From NCBI RefSeq assembly GCF_001457595.1, contig NZ_LN831039.1:1320001-1352000 (forward strand): a DNA stretch of 32,000 bases, written 5' to 3'. The position numbers were made by a program, and so were the translations under genes. The notes beneath the pieces are model-generated. The model was not told where the DNA came from. It worked only from the letters and a program-made list of their open reading frames with translations, and did no database searches. Source of the DNA: Mycolicibacterium smegmatis (GTDB lineage Bacteria > Actinomycetota > Actinomycetes > Mycobacteriales > Mycobacteriaceae). Below are positions 9,428 through 19,280 of this stretch, piece after piece. Numbering within the stretch: the stretch's first letter is position 1; the number at the start of each line of letters is the position of its first letter.

Positions 9428-10835
9428 CCGTCGGGTAAGGAAGGTCGCTGCTTGCGTGGGGGTCGACCTTGACCGGACGCCCGATGTAGGGAAACGCGCG
9501 CTGAGGGCATGCGGGACGTTCGCAGACTTTGCATCCGGCGCCGATCGGGACAGCGGCGGCTTCGTCGGCGAGATCGATACCCGCCGAATAGATCAGCCGG
9601 TGAGCGTGGGCGAGGTCGCAACCAAGACCGATCGCAAAGCTCTTGGTCGGCCCGAGATAACTGCTCTGACTGGGTGCGGTGGTCCTGGCGATCCAGAAGT
9701 AGGACCGCCCGTCGGGCATCTGGGCGACCTGGGTGACGAACTGCCCCGGTTGGGCGAATGCCTGGTGCACAACCCACAGCGGGCAGTTTCCACCGACGCG
9801 CGAGAAGTGAAAAGCGGTCGCGGACTGCCGTTTCGAGATGTTTCCGGCGTTGTCGGTGCGGACGAAGATGAACGGAACCCCGCGGGCGTCGGGACGCTGC
9901 AGCGTCGACAGGCGATGGCACACGGTCTCGAAGCCGACCTCGAAGCGACGGGCCAGCCGGTCGATGTCATAGCGCAACTCCTCGGCCGCCGCCAGGAACA
10001 TCCGGTACGGCAGCAGCAGCGCGCCCGCGTAGTAGTTCGCGAGTCCGATGCGCGCCACTTCCCGTGCCTCGGTGCTGAGGTCGTCGGCATCGGCGACCAG
10101 CTCGGCGATCAATTCGGCCTGGGTCAGTAGCGCGTACTGAGTGGCAATCTGGAAGGCCCGTTGACCGGGATGTAGCCAGCGGGCGACGTACAGTGTCGCA
10201 TGGTCGGGTCGGTAGATGCGTTTGCCGTTGGCGCTTAGCACTTGTCCGTCGTCGATGACGACATTGATGCCCAACTCGTCGGACAACAGCTCGGCCAGCT
10301 GAGCGTCGAGCCCGCCGATCCGCAGGCCGCGGCGATCGAACACACCCTCCGCCGCCTGGTCGAGTTCAGCGACGTGGTTCTTGCGGTCGTAGAAGAAATC
10401 GCGGACCTCCTCGAACGGCATCGGTTGCTGCAACGGCACCGGCGCGTCCGCGCTGGCGCGGGTGTGCATCGCCTCGAGTTCGGTGGTCGCGTCGAACAAT
10501 CGGCGGTGCAGTGTCACCAACGTCTGCCCGACGGCGGGCATCCGGGCGACGAGTTCCTCGATCTGCGCTTGGGTGGCCGCGCTGTCGACCAGGATGTCGC
10601 GAAGGTCGGAGACCAGCCGGGCATCCGAGTCCGGGGTGAAGTAGTGGGTCGGCAGGTCGAAGCGCTCCGACAGCGACAACAGGACCGGCACCGTAACCGG
10701 ACGCTGGTCGTTCTCCAACTGGTTGATGTAGCTCGTCGACAGCCCGAGGGCACGCGCCAGCGCGACCTGAGTCAGGCCGTGCTCTTCCCGCAACCTGCGT
10801 AGGCGAGGGCCTATGAACGTCTTCGCCACACACAC
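9411..10835 (-). CDS. prpR: Short-chain fatty acyl-CoA regulator (PrpR / Rv1129c-like: XRE HTH + IrrE-like domain + Cys-rich C-terminal domain)
   Basis: N-terminal HTH LRRLREEHGLTQVALARALGLSTSYINQLENDQRPVT. C-terminal Cys motifs (GGNCPLW, GAGCKVCERPACPQRAFP). Divergent from prpD, as in mycobacteria. GTG at 10835 (alternative 10829). Confidence 0.85.
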   Translation of the reverse strand: MCVAKTFIGPRLRRLREEHGLTQVALARALGLSTSYINQLENDQRPVTVPVLLSLSERFDLPTHYFTPDSDARLVSDLRDILVDSAATQAQIEELVARMPAVGQTLVTLHRRLFDATTELEAMHTRASADAPVPLQQPMPFEEVRDFFYDRKNHVAELDQAAEGVFDRRGLRIGGLDAQLAELLSDELGINVVIDDGQVLSANGKRIYRPDHATLYVARWLHPGQRAFQIATQYALLTQAELIAELVADADDLSTEAREVARIGLANYYAGALLLPYRMFLAAAEELRYDIDRLARRFEVGFETVCHRLSTLQRPDARGVPFIFVRTDNAGNISKRQSATAFHFSRVGGNCPLWVVHQAFAQPGQFVTQVAQMPDGRSYFWIARTTAPSQSSYLGPTKSFAIGLGCDLAHAHRLIYSAGIDLADEAAAVPIGAGCKVCERPACPQRAFPYIGRPVKVDPHASSDLPYPTVNDPR

Positions 10836-10861
10836 AGCCTAACCGCGATTCTTACACAGGA

Positions 10862-10869
10862 TTTGCAAA
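10862..10869. promoter_or_regulatory. TTTGCAAA palindrome in the prpR-prpD intergenic region (candidate PrpR box)
   Basis: Read directly at 10862..10869. From memory, an 8-bp TTTGCAAA palindrome was reported as the M. tuberculosis PrpR binding site. Confidence 0.5.
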
Positions 10870-10937
10870 GGCTGGCCCACCAGGACACAAAACTACGCAT
10901 ATACAGGCTCTTTACGTGCCATTAGGGGCTGCGTAGC

Positions 10938-12452
10938 GTGCGGATCATGCGTATTCACGACGTCCGCACCCGGCGCAGCGCCGAGGACTTCCCCCGCTCC
11001 GAACATCTCGCGTGGAAGATCGCGCAGGTCGCCGCCGACCCGGTCGCGGTCGACGCCGATGTCGAGGAGATGGTGCTCAACCGGATCATCGACAACGCTG
11101 CGGTGTCGGCGGCCTCGGTCACCCGTCGGCCCGTGGCGGTGGCCCGGGCGCAGGCGCAGGCACATCGCGCCAACGCAGGCGCGACCGTCTTCGGCATCGA
11201 CGGTGGATACTCCCCGGAGTGGGCCGCCTGGGCCAATGGTGTCGCCGTCCGCGAACTCGACTTCCACGACACGTTCCTGGCCGCGGACTACTCGCACCCG
11301 GGCGACAACATCCCCCCGCTGGTCGCCGTCGCCCAGCATCTCGGCGTGCGTGGCGCCGACCTGATCCGCGGCCTGGCTACGGCGTACGAGATCCAGATCG
11401 ACCTGGTCAAGGGCATCTGCCTGCACCAGCACAAAATCGACCATGTCGCCCACCTGGGCCCGTCGGTCGCCGCTGGACTCGGCACCATGCTGCGGCTGGA
11501 CCCCGAAACGATCTATGCCGCGATCGGGCAGGCTCTGCACCTGACGACGGCCACCCGGCAGTCCCGCAAGGGCCTGATCTCGAGCTGGAAGGCCTACGCG
11601 CCCGCCCACGCGGGCAAGGTCGCCATCGAGGCCGTCGACCGCGCGATGCGCGGCGAGGGATCGCCGGCACCGATCTGGGAGGGCGAGGACGGAGTCATCG
11701 CCTGGATGCTCGCCGGCCCCGAGCACACCTACCAGGTTCCGCTGCCCGAGCCGGGTGAATCCAAGCGCGCGATCCTGGACAGCTACACCAAGGAGCATTC
11801 CGCGGAGTACCAGAGTCAGGCCCCGATCGACCTGGCTCGCAGAATGCGCGAACGGATCGGTGATCTCGACCAGATCGCCTCGATTGTGCTGCACACCAGC
11901 CACCACACCCACGTGGTGATCGGAACAGGCAGCAACGACCCGCAGAAGTTCGATCCCGACGCGTCCCGCGAGACCCTGGACCACTCGGTGATGTACATCT
12001 TTGCCGTCGCGCTGCAGGACGGCGTCTGGCACCACGAAACGTCGTATTCGCCGGAGCGGGCGCACCGACCGGCCACCATCGAACTGTGGCGCAAGATCTC
12101 CACTGTCGAGGATCCGGAGTGGACGCGCCGCTATCACGCCACCGACCCGGCCGAGAAGGCGTTCGGCGCGCGTGTCGAGATCACGCTCAAGAGTGGTGAG
12201 GTCATCACCGACGAGCTCGCGGTCGCCGACGCCCACCCGCTCGGGGCGCGCCCATTCGCGCGTGAGCAGTACCGCAACAAGTTCGTCACCCTGGCCGACG
12301 GCGTCGTCGATCCCGCGGAACAGCAGCGCTTCCTGGCCGCCGTCGACGAACTCGCCTCGCTGAAGCCGGGGGGCCTGGGCGTGCTCAACGTCCGGGTCGA
12401 CAAGACGGTGTTGGACAAGTCGCCGACGATCCCCTCGGGGATTTTCCAATGA
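10938..12452 (+). CDS. prpD: 2-methylcitrate dehydratase (MmgE/PrpD family)
   Basis: 504-aa MmgE/PrpD-type protein in prpDBC context. GTG at 10938 or ATG at 10947. Confidence 0.9.
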   Translation: MRIMRIHDVRTRRSAEDFPRSEHLAWKIAQVAADPVAVDADVEEMVLNRIIDNAAVSAASVTRRPVAVARAQAQAHRANAGATVFGIDGGYSPEWAAWANGVAVRELDFHDTFLAADYSHPGDNIPPLVAVAQHLGVRGADLIRGLATAYEIQIDLVKGICLHQHKIDHVAHLGPSVAAGLGTMLRLDPETIYAAIGQALHLTTATRQSRKGLISSWKAYAPAHAGKVAIEAVDRAMRGEGSPAPIWEGEDGVIAWMLAGPEHTYQVPLPEPGESKRAILDSYTKEHSAEYQSQAPIDLARRMRERIGDLDQIASIVLHTSHHTHVVIGTGSNDPQKFDPDASRETLDHSVMYIFAVALQDGVWHHETSYSPERAHRPATIELWRKISTVEDPEWTRRYHATDPAEKAFGARVEITLKSGEVITDELAVADAHPLGARPFAREQYRNKFVTLADGVVDPAEQQRFLAAVDELASLKPGGLGVLNVRVDKTVLDKSPTIPSGIFQ

Positions 12453-13366
12453 GCGGGCTGATGGGTTCCACCGTTTCGGCGGCCCAGAAGCGCAAGGCAT
12501 TCCGGGACGCCCTGGACTCCGGCCGGCTGCAGCGGATGCCGGGAGCGTTCTCGCCGCTGGTGGCCAAGAGCCTTACCGACATCGGGTTCGACGGAATCTA
12601 CGTCTCGGGTGCGGTGCTGTCGGCCGACCTCGGATTGCCCGACATCGGGTTGACGACCCTGACCGAGGTGGTCACCCGAAGCGCTCAGATCGCCTCGGCC
12701 ACCGACCTGTTTACCCTCGTCGACGCCGACACCGGCTTCGGCGAGCCGATGAGCGCTGCCCGGACCGTCACCCTACTCGAAGACGCGGGCTTGGCCGGCT
12801 GCCACCTCGAGGACCAGGTCAACCCCAAACGGTGCGGACATCTCGACGGCAAAGCCGTGGTACCGGCCGAGGACATGGTCAAACGGCTGCGTGCCGCGGT
12901 GGCTGCTCGCCGGGATCCGAACTTCATCATCTGTGCGCGCACCGACGCCGCCGGCATCGAGGGCATCGACGCAGCGATCGAAAGGGCCAAGACATATGCC
13001 GACGCCGGCGCGGACCTGATCTTCACCGAGGCGCTGTCCACCCCGGAGGAATTCGCCGCCTTCCGCGCCGCGGTCGACACCCCGCTGCTGGCCAATATGA
13101 CCGAGTTCGGCAAGTCCGAGCTGGTCAATGCCCGCGAGCTGGCCGACATCGGCTACAACGTCGTCATCTATCCCGTCACCACGCTGCGGCTGGCCATGCA
13201 CGCCGTAGAGATCGGTATGCGCGAAGTCTTCGACGCTGGAACGCAATCCGGCCTACTGGGCAGCATGCAGCACCGCAGCAGGCTCTACGAACTGCTGCGC
13301 TACGCCGACTACAACCAGTTCGACTCCGACATCTACAACTTCGCCGTGCAGGAGGTGAGAGCATGA
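12449..13366 (+). CDS. prpB: 2-methylisocitrate lyase
   Basis: PEP mutase/isocitrate lyase superfamily. Motifs [33 protein letters not shown] overlap with the prpD stop. Confidence 0.9.
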   Translation: MSGLMGSTVSAAQKRKAFRDALDSGRLQRMPGAFSPLVAKSLTDIGFDGIYVSGAVLSADLGLPDIGLTTLTEVVTRSAQIASATDLFTLVDADTGFGEPMSAARTVTLLEDAGLAGCHLEDQVNPKRCGHLDGKAVVPAEDMVKRLRAAVAARRDPNFIICARTDAAGIEGIDAAIERAKTYADAGADLIFTEALSTPEEFAAFRAAVDTPLLANMTEFGKSELVNARELADIGYNVVIYPVTTLRLAMHAVEIGMREVFDAGTQSGLLGSMQHRSRLYELLRYADYNQFDSDIYNFAVQEVRA

Positions 13367-14493
13367 CCACAGCAACAGAATCCGAAGCTCCGCGCATTCA
13401 CAAGGGACTTGCCGGTGTCGTCGTCGACACCACCGCCATCTCGAAGGTCGTGCCCGAGACCAACAGCCTGACCTACCGGGGCTACCCGGTGCAGGACCTG
13501 GCCGCCCAGTGCAGCTTTGAACAGGTCGCGTATCTGTTGTGGCACGGCGAACTGCCGACCGATCAGCAGCTGGCTTTGTTCAGCCAGCGTGAGCGGGCGT
13601 CGCGGCGGATCGACCGGTCGATGCAGGCGCTGCTGGCGAAGTTGCCCGACAACTGTCATCCCATGGACGTGGTGCGTACGGCGATCAGCTATCTGGGAGC
13701 CGAGGATCCAGAAGAGGACGTCGACACGGCGGAGGCCAACTACGCCAAGTCGCTGCGGATGTTCGCCGTGCTGCCGACGATCGTCGCCACCGACATCCGG
13801 CGTCGTCAGGGATTGACCCCGATCCCTCCGCACAGCCAGCTCGGTTATGCGCAGAACTTCTTGAACATGTGCTTCGGTGAGGTGCCGGAGCCCGTCGTGG
13901 TGCGCGCGTTCGAACAGTCGATGGTGCTCTACGCTGAGCACAGCTTCAACGCCTCCACCTTCGCCGCCCGCGTCGTCACCTCGACCCAGTCAGACATCTA
14001 CAGCGCGGTGACCGCGGCGATCGGCGCTCTCAAGGGTTCGCTGCACGGCGGCGCCAACGAAGCGGTCATGCACGACATGCTCGAAATCGGTTCGGCCGAA
14101 AAGGCTCCGGAGTGGTTGCACGGCAAACTATCCCGCAAGGAGAAGGTCATGGGATTTGGCCACCGGGTCTACAAGAACGGTGATTCCCGGGTGCCGACCA
14201 TGAAGGTTGCTTTGGAGCAGGTTGCCCAGGTGCGTGACGGACAGCGTTGGCTCGACATCTACAACACGCTGGAGAGCGCGATGTTCGCAGCGACGAGGAT
14301 CAAGCCGAACCTCGACTTTCCCACCGGCCCTGCCTATTACCTGATGGACTTCCCGATCGAGAGTTTCACCCCGCTGTTCGTGATGAGCCGGATCACCGGT
14401 TGGACCGCCCACATCATGGAACAGGCTGCCTCCAATGCTCTGATCCGTCCCCTGAGTGAGTACTCGGGCCAGCCGCAGCGGTCCCTTGTCTGA
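13363..14493 (+). CDS. prpC: 2-methylcitrate synthase (citrate synthase family)
   Basis: [22 protein letters not shown]... with GFGHRVYKNGDSR and the SRITGW citrate synthase signatures. ATGA overlap with the prpB stop (ATG 13363). The ORF-track extension back to 12832 is an out-of-frame overlap with prpB and is not coding. Confidence 0.9.
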   Translation: MTTATESEAPRIHKGLAGVVVDTTAISKVVPETNSLTYRGYPVQDLAAQCSFEQVAYLLWHGELPTDQQLALFSQRERASRRIDRSMQALLAKLPDNCHPMDVVRTAISYLGAEDPEEDVDTAEANYAKSLRMFAVLPTIVATDIRRRQGLTPIPPHSQLGYAQNFLNMCFGEVPEPVVVRAFEQSMVLYAEHSFNASTFAARVVTSTQSDIYSAVTAAIGALKGSLHGGANEAVMHDMLEIGSAEKAPEWLHGKLSRKEKVMGFGHRVYKNGDSRVPTMKVALEQVAQVRDGQRWLDIYNTLESAMFAATRIKPNLDFPTGPAYYLMDFPIESFTPLFVMSRITGWTAHIMEQAASNALIRPLSEYSGQPQRSLV

Positions 14494-17400
14494 GCGCGCG
14501 ATCACCAAACTGCTTGTCGCCAATCGCGGCGAGATCGCCATCCGCGCGTTTCGGGCCGCCTACGAGCTCGGAATCTCGACGGTCGCGGTGTTTGCCTACG
14601 AGGACCGCAATTCGCCGCACCGTCTCAAAGCGGACGAGGCATACCAGATCGGCGAAACAGGTCATCCGGTCCGCGCATACCTGTCTGTCGATGAGATAAT
14701 CCGGGTAGCAAAGCATTCCGGTGCTGACGCAATCTATCCGGGGTACGGATTCCTCTCGGAGAATCCTGAACTGGCTGCGGCGTGTCACCAGGCCGGCATC
14801 GTGTTCGTCGGGCCGCGTGCACACGTTCTCGAGCTGACGGGAAACAAGTTCAAGGCGATCACCGCGGCGCGGGAGGCCGGCTTGCCGGTACTGGCGTCAT
14901 CGGCGCCGTCGGCGAACGTCGCCGAACTGGTTTCTGCCGCCGAGGCGATGGACTTCCCGCTCTTCGTCAAGGCAGTCTCCGGCGGCGGCGGTAGGGGAAT
15001 GCGGCGCGTGACCGAGCCGGCCGCGCTGGCCGAGTCGATCGAGGCGGCCAGCCGCGAAGCGGAGTCGGCATTCGGTGATCCGATGGTCTATCTCGAGCAG
15101 GCCGTCCTCAACCCACGCCACATCGAGGTGCAGGTCCTGGCCGACCGCACCGGCGAGATCATCCACCTCTTCGAACGTGACTGCAGCATGCAACGCCGGC
15201 ATCAAAAGGTCATCGAGCTCGCGCCGGCGCCGAACCTGAGCGACACACAGCGCCAACGGATCTGTGCCGATGCCGTCGCCTTCGCCCGGCAGATCGACTA
15301 CTTCTGCGCCGGCACCGTGGAGTTCCTTCTCGACGAGCGCGGTCATCATGTGTTCATCGAGTGCAATCCGCGTATCCAGGTCGAGCACACCGTCACCGAG
15401 GAGATCACCGACGTCGACCTGGTGGCGAGTCAGCTGCGGCTGGCGTCCGGAGAAACGCTCGGCGATCTCGGTCTGAGCCAGGACGCCGTCCGTATCCGCG
15501 GCACGGCGATGCAGTGCCGCATCACGACGGAGGACCCTGCCAACGGCTTCCGTCCGGACACCGGCAGGGTCACGGCCTACCGGTCGCCAGGCGGCGCTGG
15601 TGTTCGGCTCGACGGCGGTACCCACACCGGCGCCGAGATCAGCGCACACTTCGACTCGATGTTGGTGAAATTGACTTGTCGTGGACAGGATTTCACCGGA
15701 TCGGCAGCGCGGGCACGCAGGGCGCTGGCTGAGTTCCGGATCCGCGGCGTCGCGACCAACATTGGCTTCCTGCTCGCGGTCCTCGATGATCCCGACTTCC
15801 GGGCCGGCCGGGTCACCACGTCATTCATCGACGAGCGCCCGCACCTACTGGCCGCACACACCCCCGCGGATCGCGGTTCTCGCATCCTGAACTACCTGGC
15901 CGACGTCACGGTCAACAAGCCCCACGGCGAGCGCCCGTCGGCGGTGTACCCGCATGACAAGCTCCCCGCCATCGACCTGTCGGAGCCGCCGCCGCCGGGC
16001 ACCCGCCAGCGCTTGGAAAGCTTGGGCCCGCAGGGATTTTCGGATTGGTTGAGGGACAGCCCCGCAGTCGGCGTCACCGACACTACCTTCCGCGATGCAC
16101 ACCAATCCCTGCTGGCGACGCGGGTTCGCACCTCGGGGTTGGTGACAGTAGCCCCATACATCGCCCGCATGATGCCGGAGCTGCTGTCGATCGAATGTTG
16201 GGGCGGAGCGACGTACGACGTTGCCCTGCGCTTCCTGAAGGAGGACCCGTGGGAGCGGTTGGCCGTGCTGCGTGAGGCGGCGCCGAACATCTGCCTGCAG
16301 ATGCTGCTTCGTGGACGCAATACCGTGGGTTACACGCCGTACCCCGAATCGGTCACCGATGCGTTCGTGGCGGAGGCCACGGCAACGGGTATCGACATCT
16401 TCCGGATCTTCGATGCGCTCAACAACGTCGAGTCGATGCGACCGGCGATCGACGCCGTGCGCGCCACGGGCACCGCGGTCGCCGAGGTCGCTATGTCCTA
16501 CACGTCCGACTTGTCCGACCCGGCAGAGAACCTTTACACGCTCGACTACTACCTGAAGCTGGCCGAACAGATCGTCGAGGCCGGAGCTCATGTCCTGGCG
16601 ATCAAGGACATGGCCGGGCTGCTGCGTCCGCCGGCGGCGGCAACATTGGTCTCCGCGCTGCGGAGTCGCTTCGACCTGCCGGTGCATGTCCACACCCACG
16701 ACACCCCCGGAGGCCAGTTGGCCACCTATCTGGCGGCGTGGCAGGCAGGCGCGAGCGCGGTCGACGGTGCCGCGGCGCCGTTGGCGGGGACCACCAGTCA
16801 GCCGGCGCTCAGCTCGATCGTGGCGGCCACCGCGCACACCGAGTACGACACCGGGCTGCCGCTGCAGGCGGTGTGCGATCTGGAGCCGTACTGGGAGGCG
16901 CTGCGAAAGGTATACGCGCCCTTCGAGAGTGGGCTGCCCGCGCCGACGGGTCGGGTGTACCACCACGAGATTCCAGGCGGGCAGCTGTCGAATCTTCGGC
17001 AGCAGGCGATCGCGCTCGGACTGGGCGACCGCTTCGAGGAGATCGAGGCCAGCTACGCCGCCGCGGACCGGGTGCTGGGCAGACTGGTGAAGGTGACCCC
17101 GTCGAGCAAGGTCGTCGGCGACCTGGCGCTGGCCCTCGTCGGCGCCGGCGTGAGCGCCGAGGAGTTAGGGGCCGACCCGGCCCGGTACAACATCCCCGAC
17201 TCGGTGATCGGGTTCCTGCGCGGTGAACTCGGCGACCCGCCGGGCGGCTGGCCGGAACCACTGCGCAGCAAGGCGCTGGCAGGTAGGCCGCCCGCCAAAC
17301 CGCAGGTGGAGCTCGGCGCCGAGGACGAGGCGGTGCTGGCGCAGGCCGGGCCCAAACGTCAGGCCGCGCTGAACCGGTTGCTGTTCCCCAGTCCGACAAA

Positions 17401-17881
17401 GGAATTCGAACAGCACCGCGAGGCCTACGGTGACACCAGCCAGCTCAGTGCCAACCAGTTCTTCTACGGGCTGCGGTCCGGCGAGGAACACCGCGTCCAG
17501 CTGGAGCGCGGTGTCGAGCTGCTGATCGGGCTGGAGGCGATCTCCGAACCCGACGAACGCGGTATGCGCACGGTGATGTGCATCCTCAACGGCCAGCTGC
17601 GCCCGGTGCTGGTGCGCGACCGCAGTATCGCCAGCGACATCCCGGCCGCCGAGAAGGCCGACCGGTCCAACCCCGACCACATCGCCGCACCGTTCGCCGG
17701 CGTGGTCACGGTCAACGTCGAGCCCGGCGACGACGTCACCGCCGGCCAGACCGTCGCGACCATCGAGGCGATGAAAATGGAGGCAGCCATCACCGCACCC
17801 AAGCGCGGGGTCGTCGACCGGCTGGCCGTGTCGGGAACCACCCAGGTGGAAAGCGGGGACCTGTTGTTGGTCATCCGCTGA
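14456..17881 (+). CDS. pyc: Pyruvate carboxylase (biotin carboxylase + carboxyltransferase + biotinyl domains)
   Basis: KLLVANRGEIAIRAFRAAYELGI.. (ATP-grasp biotin carboxylase), HTHDTPGG (carboxyltransferase) and C-terminal IEAMKME (biotinyl-lysine motif). Start ambiguous: GTG at 14456 (38-nt overlap with prpC) or TTG at 14486 (8-nt overlap). Confidence 0.92.
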   Translation: MSTRASRSGPLSERAITKLLVANRGEIAIRAFRAAYELGISTVAVFAYEDRNSPHRLKADEAYQIGETGHPVRAYLSVDEIIRVAKHSGADAIYPGYGFLSENPELAAACHQAGIVFVGPRAHVLELTGNKFKAITAAREAGLPVLASSAPSANVAELVSAAEAMDFPLFVKAVSGGGGRGMRRVTEPAALAESIEAASREAESAFGDPMVYLEQAVLNPRHIEVQVLADRTGEIIHLFERDCSMQRRHQKVIELAPAPNLSDTQRQRICADAVAFARQIDYFCAGTVEFLLDERGHHVFIECNPRIQVEHTVTEEITDVDLVASQLRLASGETLGDLGLSQDAVRIRGTAMQCRITTEDPANGFRPDTGRVTAYRSPGGAGVRLDGGTHTGAEISAHFDSMLVKLTCRGQDFTGSAARARRALAEFRIRGVATNIGFLLAVLDDPDFRAGRVTTSFIDERPHLLAAHTPADRGSRILNYLADVTVNKPHGERPSAVYPHDKLPAIDLSEPPPPGTRQRLESLGPQGFSDWLRDSPAVGVTDTTFRDAHQSLLATRVRTSGLVTVAPYIARMMPELLSIECWGGATYDVALRFLKEDPWERLAVLREAAPNICLQMLLRGRNTVGYTPYPESVTDAFVAEATATGIDIFRIFDALNNVESMRPAIDAVRATGTAVAEVAMSYTSDLSDPAENLYTLDYYLKLAEQIVEAGAHVLAIKDMAGLLRPPAAATLVSALRSRFDLPVHVHTHDTPGGQLATYLAAWQAGASAVDGAAAPLAGTTSQPALSSIVAATAHTEYDTGLPLQAVCDLEPYWEALRKVYAPFESGLPAPTGRVYHHEIPGGQLSNLRQQAIALGLGDRFEEIEASYAAADRVLGRLVKVTPSSKVVGDLALALVGAGVSAEELGADPARYNIPDSVIGFLRGELGDPPGGWPEPLRSKALAGRPPAKPQVELGAEDEAVLAQAGPKRQAALNRLLFPSPTKEFEQHREAYGDTSQLSANQFFYGLRSGEEHRVQLERGVELLIGLEAISEPDERGMRTVMCILNGQLRPVLVRDRSIASDIPAAEKADRSNPDHIAAPFAGVVTVNVEPGDDVTAGQTVATIEAMKMEAAITAPKRGVVDRLAVSGTTQVESGDLLLVIR

Positions 17882-17884
17882 GGT

Positions 17885-18775
17885 TCAGCGGTCCGGTGCC
17901 CAGTAGTCGAGCATCGCGGCGAAGGTCTCGAACGCCGGAGCGGAGACCCCGTAGGGGGCCTCGAAATGCAGGCTGACTGGAAAACCGAGATCGATTACGC
18001 CGTCGATCACGCGCTTGTAGAGGTCCAGCATCTGGGCGCGCTTCTGCGCGGGCTCGCTCGCAGCCAACCGCCGCACGAACTGTTGTTCAGTCGCGACAGC
18101 CCCGTTGTCGGGGTCCTGGATGAGCCAGTCGATCAGGCCGACTTCGGATTCCATCTTCGGGACGAAACCGAACGACAAAAGGATCTCCGGGCGGTGGTCG
18201 GTGTTGCGCGAGAACTCGGTGAGGAAGTTGACGATCGCGTCGGAGTACAGCAGCTGGGTCATCCCGAAGGTGGCGCCCTCTTTGCACTTGAACCCGAATC
18301 GGCTCAGTTCGTCGTCCCTGGTCGGGATCAGGATCACGCCGCGGTGTTTCACCAGATGGGAAAAGGTCGACAGCGCGTCGGTCGGTGCGACTCCTGCGCC
18401 CTCACCGTCGGTCATGGTGCGCGGAACCCCGACAAACGCGATCCCCTCGAACCCGTGCTGAATCAACGCGGTCAACCGCCGACGCAGCGAGCGCTCACCG
18501 AGAAACGACGTGACCTGGGTGCACAGCCCACGCACGTCCGGAAGTTCGCGCTGGACCAACTCCCAGTAGTCGAGAACGTCGAGCTTTGGTTTCATCTCGA
18601 CGGGACGGCCGTCATCCTCCTCGATCATCCCGGGGATCATGATGTGGCGGATGCGTCCATCGAGACCGGCATCAACTGCCAACTTGCGCACCTTCTGCAA
18701 CTCCGCGAGCGCATGTGCCGTGCCGAGGTCCAGATTCGATGGGACAAGTTCCAGGGCAACAGTATTGAGAGTCAT
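17885..18775 (-). CDS. Non-canonical (flavin-independent) methylenetetrahydrofolate reductase-like protein (Rv2172c/MSMEG_6649 family)
   Basis: MTLNTVALELVPSNLD...RIRHIMIPGMIEEDDGRPVEMKPK...FVGVPRTM...GMTQLLYSD...ILLSFGFVPK. From memory this matches the mycobacterial Rv2172c-type MTHFR. ATG at 18775. The stop is 3 nt from the pyc stop. Confidence 0.7.
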   Translation of the reverse strand: MTLNTVALELVPSNLDLGTAHALAELQKVRKLAVDAGLDGRIRHIMIPGMIEEDDGRPVEMKPKLDVLDYWELVQRELPDVRGLCTQVTSFLGERSLRRRLTALIQHGFEGIAFVGVPRTMTDGEGAGVAPTDALSTFSHLVKHRGVILIPTRDDELSRFGFKCKEGATFGMTQLLYSDAIVNFLTEFSRNTDHRPEILLSFGFVPKMESEVGLIDWLIQDPDNGAVATEQQFVRRLAASEPAQKRAQMLDLYKRVIDGVIDLGFPVSLHFEAPYGVSAPAFETFAAMLDYWAPDR

Positions 18776-19280
18776 CAGGCACCCCTGGACTCAGCGGGCG
18801 GCATAGCGGATCCCTGTTCCGCGGTGTCGGCCGCATCAGGGCTATCGGGTGGCACGCTCAAGATGCCGCGTCGCCAGACGCACAGGCACATCACTGCATC
18901 GACTCCATCCGGGATGTCCACGTCCCAGCAAGAGGGCCAATGAGAGCAGTATCCTGACTTCTGGATCAGTGCTCACCCCGACCTTCCAGCCGTCAAGCCG
19001 TGGTCGATGTGGGGTTCGCTCCCCAGTCACAGTGGCGGGACCATGCCGGATTCACACCGGCTTCCTACCTACTCATCGGGCCGGTCGGGCCGACCAGCGC
19101 CACAACAATAGCCGACCGATGCGCCCTACTGCTGACCAGACCGTGCGGGAGGCCCACAACCGCAGCTGCTATGCCCTACATCGCGAGAAGATCACCGCTG
19201 CCGCGATTCGCCGGACCTCGCATTTGACGGTGTTTCCTGGACTGACACGCCGAGCGATGCTCGGCGGTAAAGGGGCCGTG

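Noticed and set aside
10893-12500. 535-aa minus-strand ORF antisense to prpD
   Set aside because: Shadow ORF opposite a confidently identified gene, with low-complexity Arg/Asp/Gly-rich translation.
12832-13362. N-terminal 177-codon extension of the prpC ORF in the track
   Set aside because: It overlaps prpB in another frame and translates to an Arg-rich sequence. The ATGA-coupled ATG at 13363 gives a normal-length citrate synthase family protein.
15845-16966. 373-aa minus-strand ORF (and others at 14897..15649 and 16809..17399) inside pyc
   Set aside because: Antisense shadow ORFs within a 1141-aa gene that has unambiguous pyruvate carboxylase motifs.
18776-18900. Possible SAM-type riboswitch in the leader of the MTHFR-like gene
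   Set aside because: Only vague resemblance (ACCGCGG, GGGGTGCC) to SAM-IV-like elements. No convincing conserved core or pairing could be traced.
19010-19032. tRNA-like T-arm (TGGGG-TTCGCTC-CCCCA followed by GTCACAG)
   Set aside because: I could not build a matching acceptor 5' strand, D-arm or anticodon arm upstream. The loop lacks the conserved T-loop purine/A pattern. At most it is a degraded remnant.
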